Shown here piece by piece: positions 1-12,788 of a stretch of DNA of 64,000 bases (within the stretch, counting starts at the first letter, position 1; each line of letters opens with the position of its first letter). Position numbers and translations under genes: made by a program. The DNA is from Antedon mediterranea (lineage: Eukaryota; Animalia; Echinodermata), in the NCBI RefSeq assembly GCF_964355755.1, contig NC_092673.1, positions 9,734,001-9,798,000 on the forward strand. Reading direction: 5' to 3'. The notes under the pieces were generated by a model. That model searched no databases. It worked only from the letters and a program-made list of their open reading frames with translations, and had not been told where the DNA came from.

Positions 1-1000
1 TCCAAACTACCTTAAGAACCCAATTAAGAACTCATATTTTTCTCACCTACATCTGGTAAAGAAATTATTGAAATCACTTCCAAATTTAAAAACGGAAAAA
101 AGCTCCGGTCCTGATGACATCGATCCTAAAGTTAACAAAGATATTGCACGTTTCATTATCAAGCCCCTCTCCCATATTTTTAATCTTTCTTTGTCTTCTG
201 GTACTTTTCCGTCATCTTGTTCTGTCAAAGGCATTCGTTACAATCGATCATACAATCCTCCTATCAAAACTCAAGTATTAAGGCATCCGAGGCATACCAC
301 TTTCCCTTCTTACGAACTACCTGAATAGGCCTAAGAAAGCAATTTACTTCCTATAACTCCAACTTTTCTGAACTTCTTCCTGTTACATGCGGCGTTCCTC
401 AAGGATCCATTCTGGGTCCCTTCCCTTCTTAATCTATGGTAATTACTAATCCATGCTACTCATTTTCATTTTCAAAATTTGGACCGGTGATGTGGAACGA
501 ACTCCCGTCTGTGATCCGGGAACAAACCACGGTTTTAAAATTTAAAAAAGCCCTCAAAACATATCTATTTCCTAAGAAGTAACTCATTGTTGGGTCTGCT
601 GATGTAAAGCGCTTTGATCATTTTACACTAATTTGGAAAAGCGCTATATAAATAAAATAATAATAATAATAATTTGTTGATGATTTCAACACTCTAACAA
701 GAACCTTCAATAATAAATCAGCAATGTTTCAAACTCGTTCAAACTAAATAAGTTATCACTTAACATCAGTAAAACAAACTACATTCACTTCTCCACTAGC
801 AAAAAAACTAATAACAATCCAAATGCAAATATATACACCGATCACACTCCTATTAAACATGTTGAAAGCACATCATTTCTTGGTGTTCAAATAGACAAAA
901 AATTTAACTGGAAGCCTCATATATCTAAAATCTCTAATAATATTTCCACAACCATTCGTGTACTAATAAACTGAAATCTACATTAAATACCATCTTAATT
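1..1000 (+). mobile_element. Decayed LINE (L2/Crack/CR1 group) reverse transcriptase fragment
   Basis: KSSGPDDID..KPLSHIFNLSLSSGTFP, GVPQGSILGP (~391-420), FVDD (~673), NKLSLNISKTNYIHF, FLGVQID; frameshifted. Confidence 0.85.
482..670 (+). mobile_element. 5'-truncated L2-type LINE 3' end nested in the older LINE
   Basis: WNELPSVIRE..FKKALKTYLF, then gtaaagcgcttt...aagcgctatataaat(aat)n tail; flanked by AATTTG at 476-481 and 671-676. Confidence 0.75.
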
Positions 1001-2171
1001 GATATAATTAATACATTATTTAGTTTAAACATCTTTTGAAACTAACTTCCGCGACACATTGGGCCGTTTCGGCTCAAGAAGCGAGTCAAATTAAGGCAGA
1101 GGCGTCGTTTACCGTATCTAAAGAGCCAACAACATCGGCTAGGGTCGAGGCCGACTAGTTTAATACAAAGCCGTCGAATAAACTAGGCTACGTAAACCAT
1201 ACGTTGAATTGTTTTTATTTCCTATTTAATTGCGTTTTGGTACTTTAAAAGGTCATATGTGTTTTTTATTTTTTTTTACAAATATAAAGTTTAAATAGGC
1301 ATATACTTTTTTTAATTGATTTGACAGACATTTGATAAACACAATATTTCAGATTTAACAGTTATTTCAAGTTTTTCATATTCCGTGAATTGGAATTATG
1401 TTTATCGTTAACTTTCATTTTGACAATGTTGCCATTAAAATGCATAAAATGTGTTGATGTGTATAGTCACTTTATTGGTATGTTTCCCCAAAGAAATGCA
1501 TCTCCTACATTCTCCTTAATTATAGCAACATCTACGGTATCATGCAGGCCTACTGTAGTTTACATTAGGCCTATAGCATCCGATTATTTTTAGGTAACTG
1601 TATCAATACCGATTTGTATTATATAGGCCTATTTGATTTCCTCCACAAATTTATGTAAATACTACTTTTAGGTCACCCGCTGATATACGTACTCAACTGC
1701 ATCAATACCTATTTACCATGATATACATTTAATTTCCTCCACAAATTGAGGTACATAGGCCTACATATAGATCTATAATAAGCATTGAATTTGCCTTCTC
1801 ACAGAAAGTTCGCTGTTTTCAGGGCTTTTTCTAGACGTATATTCGCAATTGAAATTGATCGCAACGCAAAGTGAATGATCAAACAATCGGCGGCGGTTAC
1901 ACAGAGTACGCGCATCTAACGTACGGCAACAAAATATTATCGTCATTTTAATTAGTCACGTTTGTTTATCGGACGAAAAGATTAAAATCGTTTTGCTCAT
2001 TGGTATAGCATATGCTACGAGAGAGTCCGACCAATTAGAGGTGCCATTTATCATGCATTTTAAGTGCGAGAGTACGATTTTCCGGCCATCTAGGGGTGTA
2101 ATTTAACCAAAATCACAGATCCTGGCTACGGTCCTGAATTTCCTGCATTCGAGTTTCAAAACAAAGTCAGG

Positions 2172-3960
2172 TTTGATTTGATTTTATTTGATTTATTCAA
2201 TATAGGCTCATTACAATTACAACAGAATACATAGAAATACAAAAAGAAACAAAAAGCCAGGATTGTCAAAAGCGAACCCAATCAACAGAAATAAAATATA
2301 AAATAAATATAATATAAATGACGAAAAAAAATTATAAATTAAAATCAAAGAGGTTATGACAAAAAAATACAGCAGGGATCAGGTAAAATCAAAAGAAATA
2401 GTGTTGGTGAAGACTAGTCTCGAATTCTTGAAACCTGCCAAGGAGAGCAAGCTCACTTAAATCTGAGGGAAGACCATTCCAAAGTTTACAGAATCTAGGA
2501 AAGAGTGAAGATTGAAAACAGACAGTTCGAGCAAAGGGTGGCCTGAATAGAAGATCAAATTTCTGACGAAAAATAGAAGAAAAAAATGAAGAAACATCGA
2601 GATCAATAATAGTGTATAAACATTTGACAACAAAGATAATAGTTTGGAAATCAATCCGAGAAGTCAAAGAAGGAAGATGAAGGAGAGCTAATCTTTCGGC
2701 GTAAGTAGGACGTTCAAAGTTTTTACCCGGAAAAAAGTATCTTGTAAGAATGCGTTGAGGTTTTTCAAGGAAATTAAGATGGGAAGCCAAATGTGGAAAT
2801 CACACAGGAGCACCATATTCCAGAATCGGACGACACAAGGATTTGTAAAGCAGAAGAAAAGAGAAGAATGAGAGTCATTGGTACCAACAGTACGACGGAT
2901 AAATCCTAAAGTCCTGGAGGCAGAAGAGTGATCAGCTAAAATGTGGTACAAGAAAGGGTACTATTAAGGGTAATGCCAAAGTATTTATTGCTGTTAGTGA
3001 TAGAAGGATATCATTAAGAGTATATGGGTAGAGAGTGGGATTTCGCGAGCGAGAAACTTGCATAACTTTACATTTATTGATGTTAATTTTATTTACGTTG
3101 GACCAAGAAAGAATATTGTCAAGATCAGATTGTAGGATAAGGGAATCAGAGTTAGATTGAATATTCCTGAAGACAACAGTGTCATCAGCATATTGGAGAA
3201 TATTAGATTGAAGACTAGAGGGAAGATCCGAAACAAAAATATTAAATAACAGAGGACTTAGTAGAGATCCTGTGAAACCCCAAATGTTACTTGGGCCCAA
3301 TTAGAGGAAGAACCATTAAAAAGCACTCTCTGTGACCGATCGACCAATTAAGTAAGAAGAAATTAAATTAAGTGTAGTGCCACAGAAACCATAGTTGTGA
3401 AGTTTTTGAAGAAGAAGAGTATGAGAAATCTTATCAAAGGCCTTGGACCAATCCAGAAATATAACATCGGTTTTAGGAGAATTACGTTTATCAAGATTAG
3501 AAGCTAGGTGATGGTAAAGTTGGGAGACATGAGTAATAGTTGATCGTCTTGGCACGAAACCATGTTGGGCTTTAGGAATAAGACATAGATTAGTTAGGTG
3601 AGTGTTAATATGGGTAGAAAGAAGTCCTTCTGAAAGTTTACAAGGAATAGAGCAAAGAGAAATAGGTCGATAGTTTTTAAGTGTTGCACGATTACATGAT
3701 TTGAAAACTGGTACTACATTAGCCCTTTTCCAATCAAGAGAAAGTGACAGATTATAGATGTTAGAGAGATATGAAGAGATAACAGGACCAGCTAATTTAA
3801 GAAGTGATGGAGAAATATTGTCTGGTCCAGGAGATTTATGTACGTTTAACTTAGAAATGGCTTCGGAGACATTAAAGGCAGAGACAGAAAAATCAGTAAT
3901 AGGTGAGAAGCCGATATGTGAATAGCAGGGAGATATAGGAGTAGGCCTATCACCAATGAT
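2172..3960 (-). mobile_element. Decayed 5'-truncated CR1-group LINE (RT and 3' end)
   Basis: Minus-strand ORFs with KSPGPDNI, NYRPISL, QHGF, DWSKAFD, LSPLLFNIFVSDL, YADD, LWNGLP; (aatcaa)n-type tail near 2172-2197. Confidence 0.92.
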
Positions 3961-4029
3961 TGACGTATGAGGAAGTAACACAGAGACATCACAAATTTGG
4001 TTTACCGTAGACTCAGTCACTTCTGTATC

Positions 4030-4210
4030 ACCAACTAACGTAACAATCAACAACAATGTAAAATTAACCACTAACGTAACAAAAATCATAATGTAACATT
4101 AACCACTAACGTAACAAAAATTAACGACCAATGTAACAATCAATTAACCACTAACGTAACCAACAGTTTAACCACTAACGTGACCAAATTTAACCACTAA
4201 CGTAACAACA
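4030..4210. repeat. Degenerate minisatellite of ttaaccactaacgtaac(aa) units
   Basis: About 6 imperfect copies seen directly. Confidence 0.7.
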
Positions 4211-4639
4211 GGAGAAAATGTTAAGAAATATTAGACTTTAAAAACTTGTTTGTTTTGAAAATTGGAAATCCAGGAATTGAGTTTAGTCCTGTTTGTCGGT
4301 CAGCTCTCTTTAACTGGATAAAATAATGTTGTTACATATCTTATTATTTCTCGTTAAGAGAAGCTGTTCCTTAGGAGAAGTCACTAACAAGAAATAGTAA
4401 ATTATAAGACGTGGTCCCTACGAGAGGTATGGTCGTTTAAGAGAGAATCGGTCGTTTAAGATGAGAAGTGGTTACTTACGAGAGGTCTTATAGAAAACCC
4501 TACAGAATATATATATAACGAGAATTGGAGCAACATCTCTGTTGAAATTAATTCCAAAGGAGGGAAAACGGATATTGAAAAAATATCAACATTTACATTG
4601 GACTTACTTAAATAGTTATACAAAGAAGGCAACCCAAAA

Positions 4640-6899
4640 CAGGTATACGTCGTCCAATTAAAGATTCTTTTGTACGTGTGTTTGGCAAATAATTACTCAG
4701 TTTGATTGGAGTAATGCTATATATTTTGCAGACAAATTTTATAAATTGCTTCCCTATCGTGGTATCACATTTAAAAGAGGATTACAAGCCATGGTTTAAT
4801 GTGGGTATAAAGAAATTGATTCGTAAACGACATAATGCCTATAGACTAGGAAAAAATGAAGAATTCCGCTTTTATAGAAATGAGGTCCGCAATCGTCAGA
4901 TCGGATAAGGCCGACTTTTATTCAAAATCAATCGCTGCCTTAAGAAACAAGGCCAACAGCCATAAGTCGCGTGCTCTCAGAAAAAAATGAACTTTCAAAA
5001 AGTAATGTACTTTAAAAGTTTTCTGTACATCAAAACAGTTCAAAAAGTACAGAAAAACGCAAAGTGATATCCGACAGACCGACCGACCGACAGACCGACC
5101 AACATAGTTAAAACTTGTCTGTACATCAAAACAGTTCAAAAAGTACAGAAAAGCGATAAAACGCATAGTGATACCGGACCGACAGACAGACCGACAGACC
5201 GACAGACCGACCGACATAGTGAACTATTGAGTCGCGTCCACCCACGCGACTAATTGTCTGTACATCAAAACAGTTCAAAAAGTACAGAAAAGAGATAAAA
5301 TGCATAGTGATACCGGACCGACAGACAGACCGACAGACCGACAGACCGACCGACATAGTGAACTATAGAGTCGCGTCCACCCACGCGACTAATTGTCTGT
5401 ACATCAAAACAGTTCAAAAAGTACAGAAAAACGCAAAGTGATATCCGACAGACCGACCGACCGACAGACCGACCAACATAGTTAAAACTTGTCTGTACAT
5501 CACAACAGTTAAAAAAGTACAGAAAAGCGATAAAACGCATAGTGATACCGGACCGACAGACAGACCGACAGACTGACAGACCGACCGACATAGTGAACTA
5601 TTGAGTCGCGTCCACCCACGCGACTAATTGTCTGTACATCAAAACAGTTCAAAAAGTACAGAAAAGCGATAAAACGCATAGTGATACCGGACCGACAGAC
5701 AGACCGACAGACCGACCGACATAGTGAACTATAGAGTCGCGTCCACGCGACTAATAATGAGCCACGCAAATGGCACAAAAAGATCCAAAAAGTATTATTG
5801 CATATACTTTTCACGGTGATGGTAAATGACCTGTTAAAGCACGTTCCGGAGAGATGGAAGTTCGTGGATGATTTGACCATCGGTGAGATTAATCGTGTAC
5901 CTCGAGGTGGTGATACTACTTTGGTTAGTCATTCTCTTCAGAGTCATCTCGATGCACTTCAGATCTGGTGTGATGAGAATGACATGCAACCTAACCCTGC
6001 TAAATGCAATGTAATGCATGTTCATTTTATGAGGAATGAACCCAATTTTGTGCCTTTAACAATTGGTGATGTTATAGAAGAAAAGCCTGTTGTTAAGTTA
6101 CTGGGTGTCTTCTTACAAAAGAACATGAAATGGGATTATCAAGTTAAATAAATGATATCCAAGTCCTCTCGTCGTTTGTTTATGTTATATATTTTAAAAC
6201 GATATGGTGCACCTCGGGATGATCTTGTCTTTACCTATATAACGTACATCAGGCCCTTACTGGAGTATGCTATTCCTCTATGACATTCAGCAATCACTAA
6301 ACAGCAATGCACCCAGTTGGGATTTGTTCAAAAAAGAGCCTTGAAGATCATCATCGGCTATAACTACACGGGGTACCAAGACACTTTAGAAATCTTGAAT
6401 GTAACATCTTTACAAGACAGACGGTTAAGTGTCTTTACAAAATTTGTAAACATTCTGGTGACATCTGGGCGTTTCACTTCGTGGATACCTGAGAACATCA
6501 AGCCCGAAAGGACTTTGCGTTTCTTCAACAAGTACAGTGCACATAGGACTAATTGTTATGGAAATTAAACTCTTCCTTGTGCAATAAATAAATAATAATA
6601 CATTAATTGTATTGATACTTGGAATTAATAAGAGAACTTATTTTAAAAATAATAAATAATGAATAATTTTAAACCTGTATATTTCTGAATTTATAATAAT
6701 TAGATGAAATAATAATCAATAATTTTAAATTTGTGAAATATTATTTTTTGTAAGATGTAGCCTAATTATTGTTTTTTTAAATTTTAATTTTAGTATAGGC
6801 CTATATGTTTTATATCTTTATCTCTGTTATTATTGTTGTACTTTTTGTAAACTCATAAGATTTTCAACTTTTGAGTGTTATACAAAATAAATAAAAAAA
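4640..6899 (+). mobile_element. Decayed, internally deleted CR1-group LINE
   Basis: KPWF..IKKLIRKR, ILFTVMVNDL...KFVDDLT, VKLLGV, YIRPLLEYA, VQKRALKII; A-rich tail near 6885-6899; interrupted at 4945-5754. Confidence 0.88.
4945..5754 (-). mobile_element. DINE-1/HINE-like non-autonomous Helentron with internal tandem array
   Basis: On the minus strand: terminal hairpin agtcgcgt-gg-acgcgact, (GTCG/GTCT)n microsatellite, subterminal repeat cacgcgact (4965-4973) and short end stem-loop; inserted in a T-run without a target duplication. Confidence 0.75.
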
Positions 6900-6967
6900 G
6901 GAAAAAAACAACCGAAAACAACGGTAAACAACCGAAAACAAACCCAAAACAAACCCAAAACAAAATA

Positions 6968-7956
6968 AACAAGAAATATTTCTTATAAAAAACGCTGCTC
7001 AACATTTTAAAATTAATCATTGTTCTTTTTTCAGATATATTAATGATTAATTATTAAAAAGATATCCTTAATCGCAAAAATACATACAAATTAAAGATAG
7101 TTCTTTAATTATGATTCACATGCCCATTTAAAAATAGTCAATTTTGAACTTTAAAGATGTATTGTCCCTTTGTCAAATTCCAAAAAAATTAAAATTAAAA
7201 GATTTCGAAAAAAAGTGGGTCATTTTGAAGTATCATAATAGTTATTAACTTTCACCAAAAAATAGTCGGAAAAAAAATCATTTACCTAAAATACAGACGT
7301 TTTTTGGTTCAAAAAATAACTTTGACTTCCCGTCAAAGTTTTCGATCGAAACATATCTCATAATGCAATGCGCATAGTTGGCTGCTTTGTATGCATAATC
7401 ATAAAACTTCCTCGCGATCTGTGTGAAAACACCTTCTCAAGTTGTAAACAATCTTAATTAGCATCATGCATGTATACTCATGGTTTGAAATCTTTGTTTA
7501 CTTTGTTTTCCAGACGAAATGTAATCAAATTAATTTAGCTATTAATTGTCTTGAATTTTCGCCTTAAAGTGAATAACTTTAATATTACTTTGAAATGGCC
7601 AATTAAAATTTAGTATATTTTGACCTTCATTTTTTTGTGTTTCAAGCATGGAGTAAAGAAATTCTTTACTCCATGGTTTCAAGGGACAATACATCTTTAA
7701 TGTGCTGTATGTGGATGTGACCTCAACCTGTTGCATGCAACTGAATACTCTCTAGAGACAACGTGACTTCACGAAAATTCTTCCCAGTCTGTTGACTCGC
7801 GTCAACCAATCAAAGGGCGAGAATTCAAAATCATTCAACCGTGATTTGGGTCCAACTGCAGCTGGGATCTACAAGAGTTTAAAAAGTCGCAAAACTGTCG
7901 GCCTTAGATACTATAACTGCTGCTTGCTTTAGCTTATGAAAGAGCAGCAGCGTGAA
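6968..7956 (-). mobile_element. HINE-like (Helentron) element, family 2
   Basis: End palindrome aagaaatatttctt, subterminal cgctgctc/gagcagc repeats, inserted in an A/T run; related copies at 50890-51508, 51724-51760 and 52240-52805. Confidence 0.65.
7155..7696. mobile_element. TTAA-targeting MITE (Kolobok-like)
   Basis: TTAA|AGATGTATTGTCCCTT...AAGGGACAATACATCT|TTAA; empty site present in the paralogous host at 52532-52535. Confidence 0.88.
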
Positions 7957-8884
7957 AAATCTAAATACCGAAAACAAATTTGTATACATTTTTTTTTAAT
8001 GTCGCCCTCTATTGATGAGGGCTAAGATCATACAGAGAGAAAACCGCGCGCGCAAAAGCCAAGGAAGACCCTACGAAATGGTAGTGTGCACAAAATACAA
8101 CTCAAAATCGTACAATTTCAATGATATACACCATAAACTACATTTACTTACAAAATCTATAAACACATTTCGTTTTTAGTCTTTCGATTTTCAAACACAA
8201 AGTATGATTTTACATAACTTTGCGTTTTTGTCACTTAGGCTAAGTTAATGAAAAGTGATTAAGGATAAAACGTTATTTACTCGACTACGGTAATTTTACT
8301 GAATAGATTTTATTGTGAATCCTTTAACGTGAGGTTGTTTTAAGTACTGTATACTATATATAGTCCCTAATATTATCAATGGCAATATTCTTTAAAAATA
8401 TCATTTTTGTATTATTATCTTTGAAAATCTATAATTAAAATTGATCATGAATAACCATAGTCAATTTACTTTCTATACTATGGATTAACGTATTCACAAT
8501 TATTGTGAGGAGTAAATGCGCTGGTTTCTGGATCAAAAATCGAAAGACGAAAATTAAAATATTTTTATAGATTCTGTAAGTAAATGCGATGTTATCATTG
8601 ATTGATTGTACGATTTTTAGTTGTATTTTGTGCACCATTTCGTAGGGTTTTCATTGGCTTTTGCGCACGCGGTCTTTGCTCTAAAAACACCCATCAGTAG
8701 AGGGTGACATTAAAAATTCATATACAAATTTGTTTTCGGTATTTAGATTATTTTATTTTGTTTTCGGTTTTTTGTTTGTTTGTTTGCGGTTCTTTTTGGT
8801 TGTTTATGGTTGTTTTCGGTTGATTATGATTGTTTTCTGTTATTTTCAGTTGTTTTCTGTTGTGTGCGGTAATTAGACTGACCG

Positions 8885-9523
8885 ACCAAACGAAAACAAA
8901 ACGAAGTTGCAAATACCTACCAAACGAGAGTATTGTTAATTATAAAAACCCACTTTTTATAGCAAAAATTGTCCGAATTTAAAAACGATGAATTTTGCAA
9001 CAAAAACTGAAGTACCAAAAACGAAAGTATCTATGCACGCCCATATTGCCGTTAGGAGAAGAATGAGTATTGAACAACAGCCAATCGTTGTTATTTGTAT
9101 TTTTCTTAATTATCTTTTTAACATAAAATTTTTGACCGAAAACAAAGGATATCACAGCCTTACTATAAATAAATATGAAATATGTGTGAACACATTTAAC
9201 ATAATATCAAAGGCTCTGATCGATCGGTAAATGTGATGTTTTCCTAAAGTATTATGTTAAATCTATCAAAGTAAGAAGAACACAAAAGATAACGATCTGC
9301 TGTTGCTCAATATTCATCGTTCTCCTATTATAGGCACTATGGGCGTGCCATAGATACACTCGTTTGGTTTCAGTTTTTGTTGCTAAATTCACCGTTTTTA
9401 ACATAAATTCGGACGATTTTTGCTATAAAATTTGGGTTTTCATAATTAATTAACAATTATCGACTCTCGTTTGGTAGATATTTTCAACATTCTGAGTCTC
9501 GTGTTTGGTGTTTAGTAGGACCC
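8885..9523. mobile_element. Foldback-like MITE (left end truncated)
   Basis: 8905-9090 is an imperfect reverse complement of 9290-9490. Confidence 0.75.
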
Positions 9524-9524
9524 G

Positions 9525-9900
9525 GTCACTACACTGGATTGAAAATTTCAGTTAGAGTCATTGTATATAATATAAAACACGATGTCAAAGACAAAGAAAA
9601 CCACTGTACTTAAAACCTCAAAACCAGTTGGACTCTAGCATTAGAAAATACTTTTATTCCATTTACATCCTATCCTAAGCAGTCGGCGGCCGTTTCGGCT
9701 GTAAACCCTCTCTCCATCCTCTCTACTCACCACCATGCCCGTGCCTCTTTTGTTTTATTTATTTTAATCCAGTCCATTCAGGCAGCGCTTTCCTGCCTTA
9801 TATTCTATTCACTCCCCCTTGCACCGAAGAAGGGCTAGTGTTTCCTGAAGCTCTGATTTTTTTGGCTGTTTACTTTATCGTTTTGTTAGCGTTTTTTTTA
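9525..9900 (+). mobile_element. Possible Penelope-like element remnant
   Basis: KDKENH...LKTSKPVGL resembles the GIY-YIG C-terminal 'E..WI..L.T..P.GLN' motif; followed by a degenerate hammerhead-like ccgaagaaggg...cctgaagct at 9824-9852. Confidence 0.45.
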
Positions 9901-10021
9901 TTCTATGTGTATCTCCTTGTGTAGATGTACATATTATTATAGTGATAGTAATAATTTGCAATAATGTTTAAACTACTGTAGCCTAAATATTTAGGTATTT
10001 TATATAATAGATATTGTTTAA

Positions 10022-10351
10022 AGATTATTGTCCCCCTGAAAAATTGTTGTTGCATATTCTATTTTAATGTAACATAATAGTTATCCACTTTGACCAAAAA
10101 TTGGATCTGAAAAATATATATTTAGGCCTACCTGAAAAAATGTAATTTAAAGCAAAAATGGTCAAATTGGCTGCCAGCCAACAGATTTTTGGTGGAATTT
10201 TAACATTTATTTGATCATTTTATAAGTGAAAACATGATTTGTTTTCGTTTTTTTTTTCTATTGAAGTGTTAAAACTGCAAAATTAGCCTACATATTCAAA
10301 GTCTGATTTAATTAATCTTCATTTTTCATGTTTTTTAGGGACAATACATCT
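10022..10351. mobile_element. TTAA-targeting MITE (Kolobok-like)
   Basis: TTAA|AGAT-TATTGTCCC...GGGACAATACATCT|TTAA; decayed copy near 51780-52087. Confidence 0.8.
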
Positions 10352-12159
10352 TTAAGAGAGAAATGTTATATAATTTAGGCTACTATAAATGATTTAAAAT
10401 CTTAAAAAGATAACAATAAAGGTGGGTGATTCCGACAAAATACAAAAAAAATATATAAACAAATTGGTTTCATATCTTCAATATATCGCGGTATTTAAAT
10501 CAATAAATTACTATATAGATCATTTCAATTATAAGTTATAGTTCGACATTCATGACTCGAAAATGCATGAATCATGCTGTTCAGTTGAATACGAATACTA
10601 GCAAAATAATTAACAGAATAGCTTTCACGAATACCAGCCATTTAACTGAGCCGTGGGAATGTTTCGTCTCCCAAGGTTTTGCTTTATTCTATCAACGCGT
10701 CACGACCCCTCGTCGTCATATAACAATATCTTTTCATTCATTCATTACGTTGCACCTAGTCCTTTTATAACCAATTACAATAACTCTTAGATATTTTATT
10801 GTGTGCATCTCTCAATTTATATTAAGACCCCTTACGCGACAGTGCGAGTTATCTCATCATACGAATTACGATGTTTATCTGTAAAAAATTGTTGATTTTT
10901 AAAAAATAATCTCCCTACTGAATCCTGTGCAAAAATAATTGTTGGATACAAAGATATCCATTGCGGCTCCCACAGGAATTATTAACCTGCGTCGAGCGAT
11001 CAAACGGTAATTGTGTTCTATTTTACAAATTAAACACAAAATCAATTAGAAAACAGAATATTACTTGACAAGATATTCACACGCATTATGCGTGTTCACA
11101 GTGAATGAAACTAACAAAAACAAACGCAGGGCCTATATATTGATGAGTTGTTGTGCACGCTTCGAGGTGTTGTCACCTGCTTGCAGTCCCAGTTAGAGAA
11201 TAATCGGTTACGTTGATAAAATATTGATAAATGAGGATTTTCCCATCAATTATTTAATCTATCTGTGTTTTTTTTAATAAGCCAACTTGCATCACAACAT
11301 TCTCGGTAGGCCTATACTCACTGTATAGATTTCTCCAGTATCAATTCAATTCATTTATTTTCCAGAAGACAAAGGCCTATAATACAATATAATACAATCA
11401 AAAATACAAACACAAGAAAACTAACACCAGTCTGGCAGATTGTAGAAAAGTGACGAAGTCACTATATGGTGAGTACTTTCCTTCTGGTGACAAAAACAAC
11501 AAGTTAACAGCAAAAGACAGTATCATAGGATTACTTTCAATGTAATCGTAAATCAGCTGAAAAATTAAATCAAGCTTCAATACATCTTTTGGGAAGATAT
11601 TAGTAATTACTGTACATGATTTTAGAGCTTTATTTAAAATCATCGTCCGAATGCCAATTTCCATCAAGTTGAATGACAAATTCTATTTTTCGAAACAGTA
11701 CTATATCACGGTATGCTTTCAGGTGAAATCAATTACTTTTATAGTTTAAGTGACCATTACAAATATTATATTGTCACTCAAAACATGAACATCAAAGATT
11801 AATAAAATCAGACTTTGAAAAGGCCTTAAAACAGTTTAAATAAAGTTAATTTAACAAAAAAAAACATTAGAAAATGTACATTTTTTCAGGTAAATAATTT
11901 TTTCCCCATCCCATTTTAACATATTATTATTAGGTATATTTAACACAATGTTTCTGTACACATATTTACAGTTAAAGGTGGCTTAATTTGATTACAAAAT
12001 AGCCCTAAGCTTTACAAATAATTGACAATAATAGGGCTAAAGTTGACTCAACATTTTATCGTTTTGGTGAAGGAGGGCCTACCGTATACATTATACTGTA
12101 TAATTTATAAGAAAAACTAAAACGAGTCAAAAAAATCTTAATTGTCTTATCGCTAATAT

Positions 12160-12673
12160 TTGCCGTCTGATTGGTCACACCATGGGGTTGTAAGATGATA
12201 TTAAGTTCCTTCACACATCGTTCCGCTAAAAATAAAGATCGGTGCCTGTTTGCGAAATCGTAATCATTATATATCAATAGAGTCTTTTTTATTCAAGTAC
12301 AATTTATAATCATAATCTACTCATTATTTTCGTTCGTAAAGCGTGTGAGGTTTAAAAGTAATTTGCATATGAATAGACAAACGTTAACAAAATTACAACG
12401 GCCATGCAGCGCGGAAGGATATCTGTGGAATTCGTCTGCGCCTCTGCTTTGTGTTCGACCCACAACTAAAGTTTGTTGTTGGATAACGAAAGTAAGGTAC
12501 TATATGGTATTTAGTACAACTATTGGTATTGTGTTTCAAACATTCATGGCTTAAAAGTGGAACATTAATACTTACTTTGGGATATAATTGTTTATTTAGT
12601 ACAGACTGTTTTGTATATTTACATTTACTGGTATGTTATAAGTGGAAAATATCTTTAAAATATCGTCTGCAGG
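12160..12673 (+). promoter_or_regulatory. Putative Notch promoter / 5' UTR
   Basis: CpG-richer, apparently non-repeat segment just upstream of the signal-peptide ATG, with a reverse CCAAT box (gattgg near 12170). The start site cannot be located from sequence alone. Confidence 0.4.
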
Positions 12674-12788
12674 ATGGACCTGCGTGATCGCTGTCGGACG
12701 CTAAATTTTGTTCCGCCATTCAAAACAGTTCTATTGATTACGATTGTGCTTAACCTCAATGGAGGCCTATGGGTTACTCTTGCTCAAG
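12674..12788 (+). CDS. Notch: Notch exon 1, signal peptide ([38 protein letters not shown])
   Basis: ATG in a gGATGG context, basic N-terminus, hydrophobic core, then CAAG|GTAAGT phase-1 donor matching exon 2. Not in the ORF track (short). Confidence 0.8.

Larger units (their letters stand above)
6900..8884. mobile_element. Foldback-like MITE with long inverted arms (left end truncated; left arm interrupted at 6968-7956)
   Basis: 7960-8190 is the reverse complement of 8535-8750; aaaacaaccg-type subrepeats at 6900-6965 mirror 8755-8870. Confidence 0.75.

Noticed and set aside
4918-5880. Repetitive minus-strand ORFs (MSVGLSVCRSVCRS...) and a superficially CRISPR-like repeat pattern
   Set aside because: They are translations of a microsatellite-containing tandem array; the intervening sequences are identical rather than unique spacers, there are no cas genes, and the DNA is eukaryotic.
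10652-10680. Su(H) paired site upstream of Notch
   Set aside because: The second half (ctcccaag) is a poor match and the spacing is shorter than the usual 15-17 bp; only the single site is kept.
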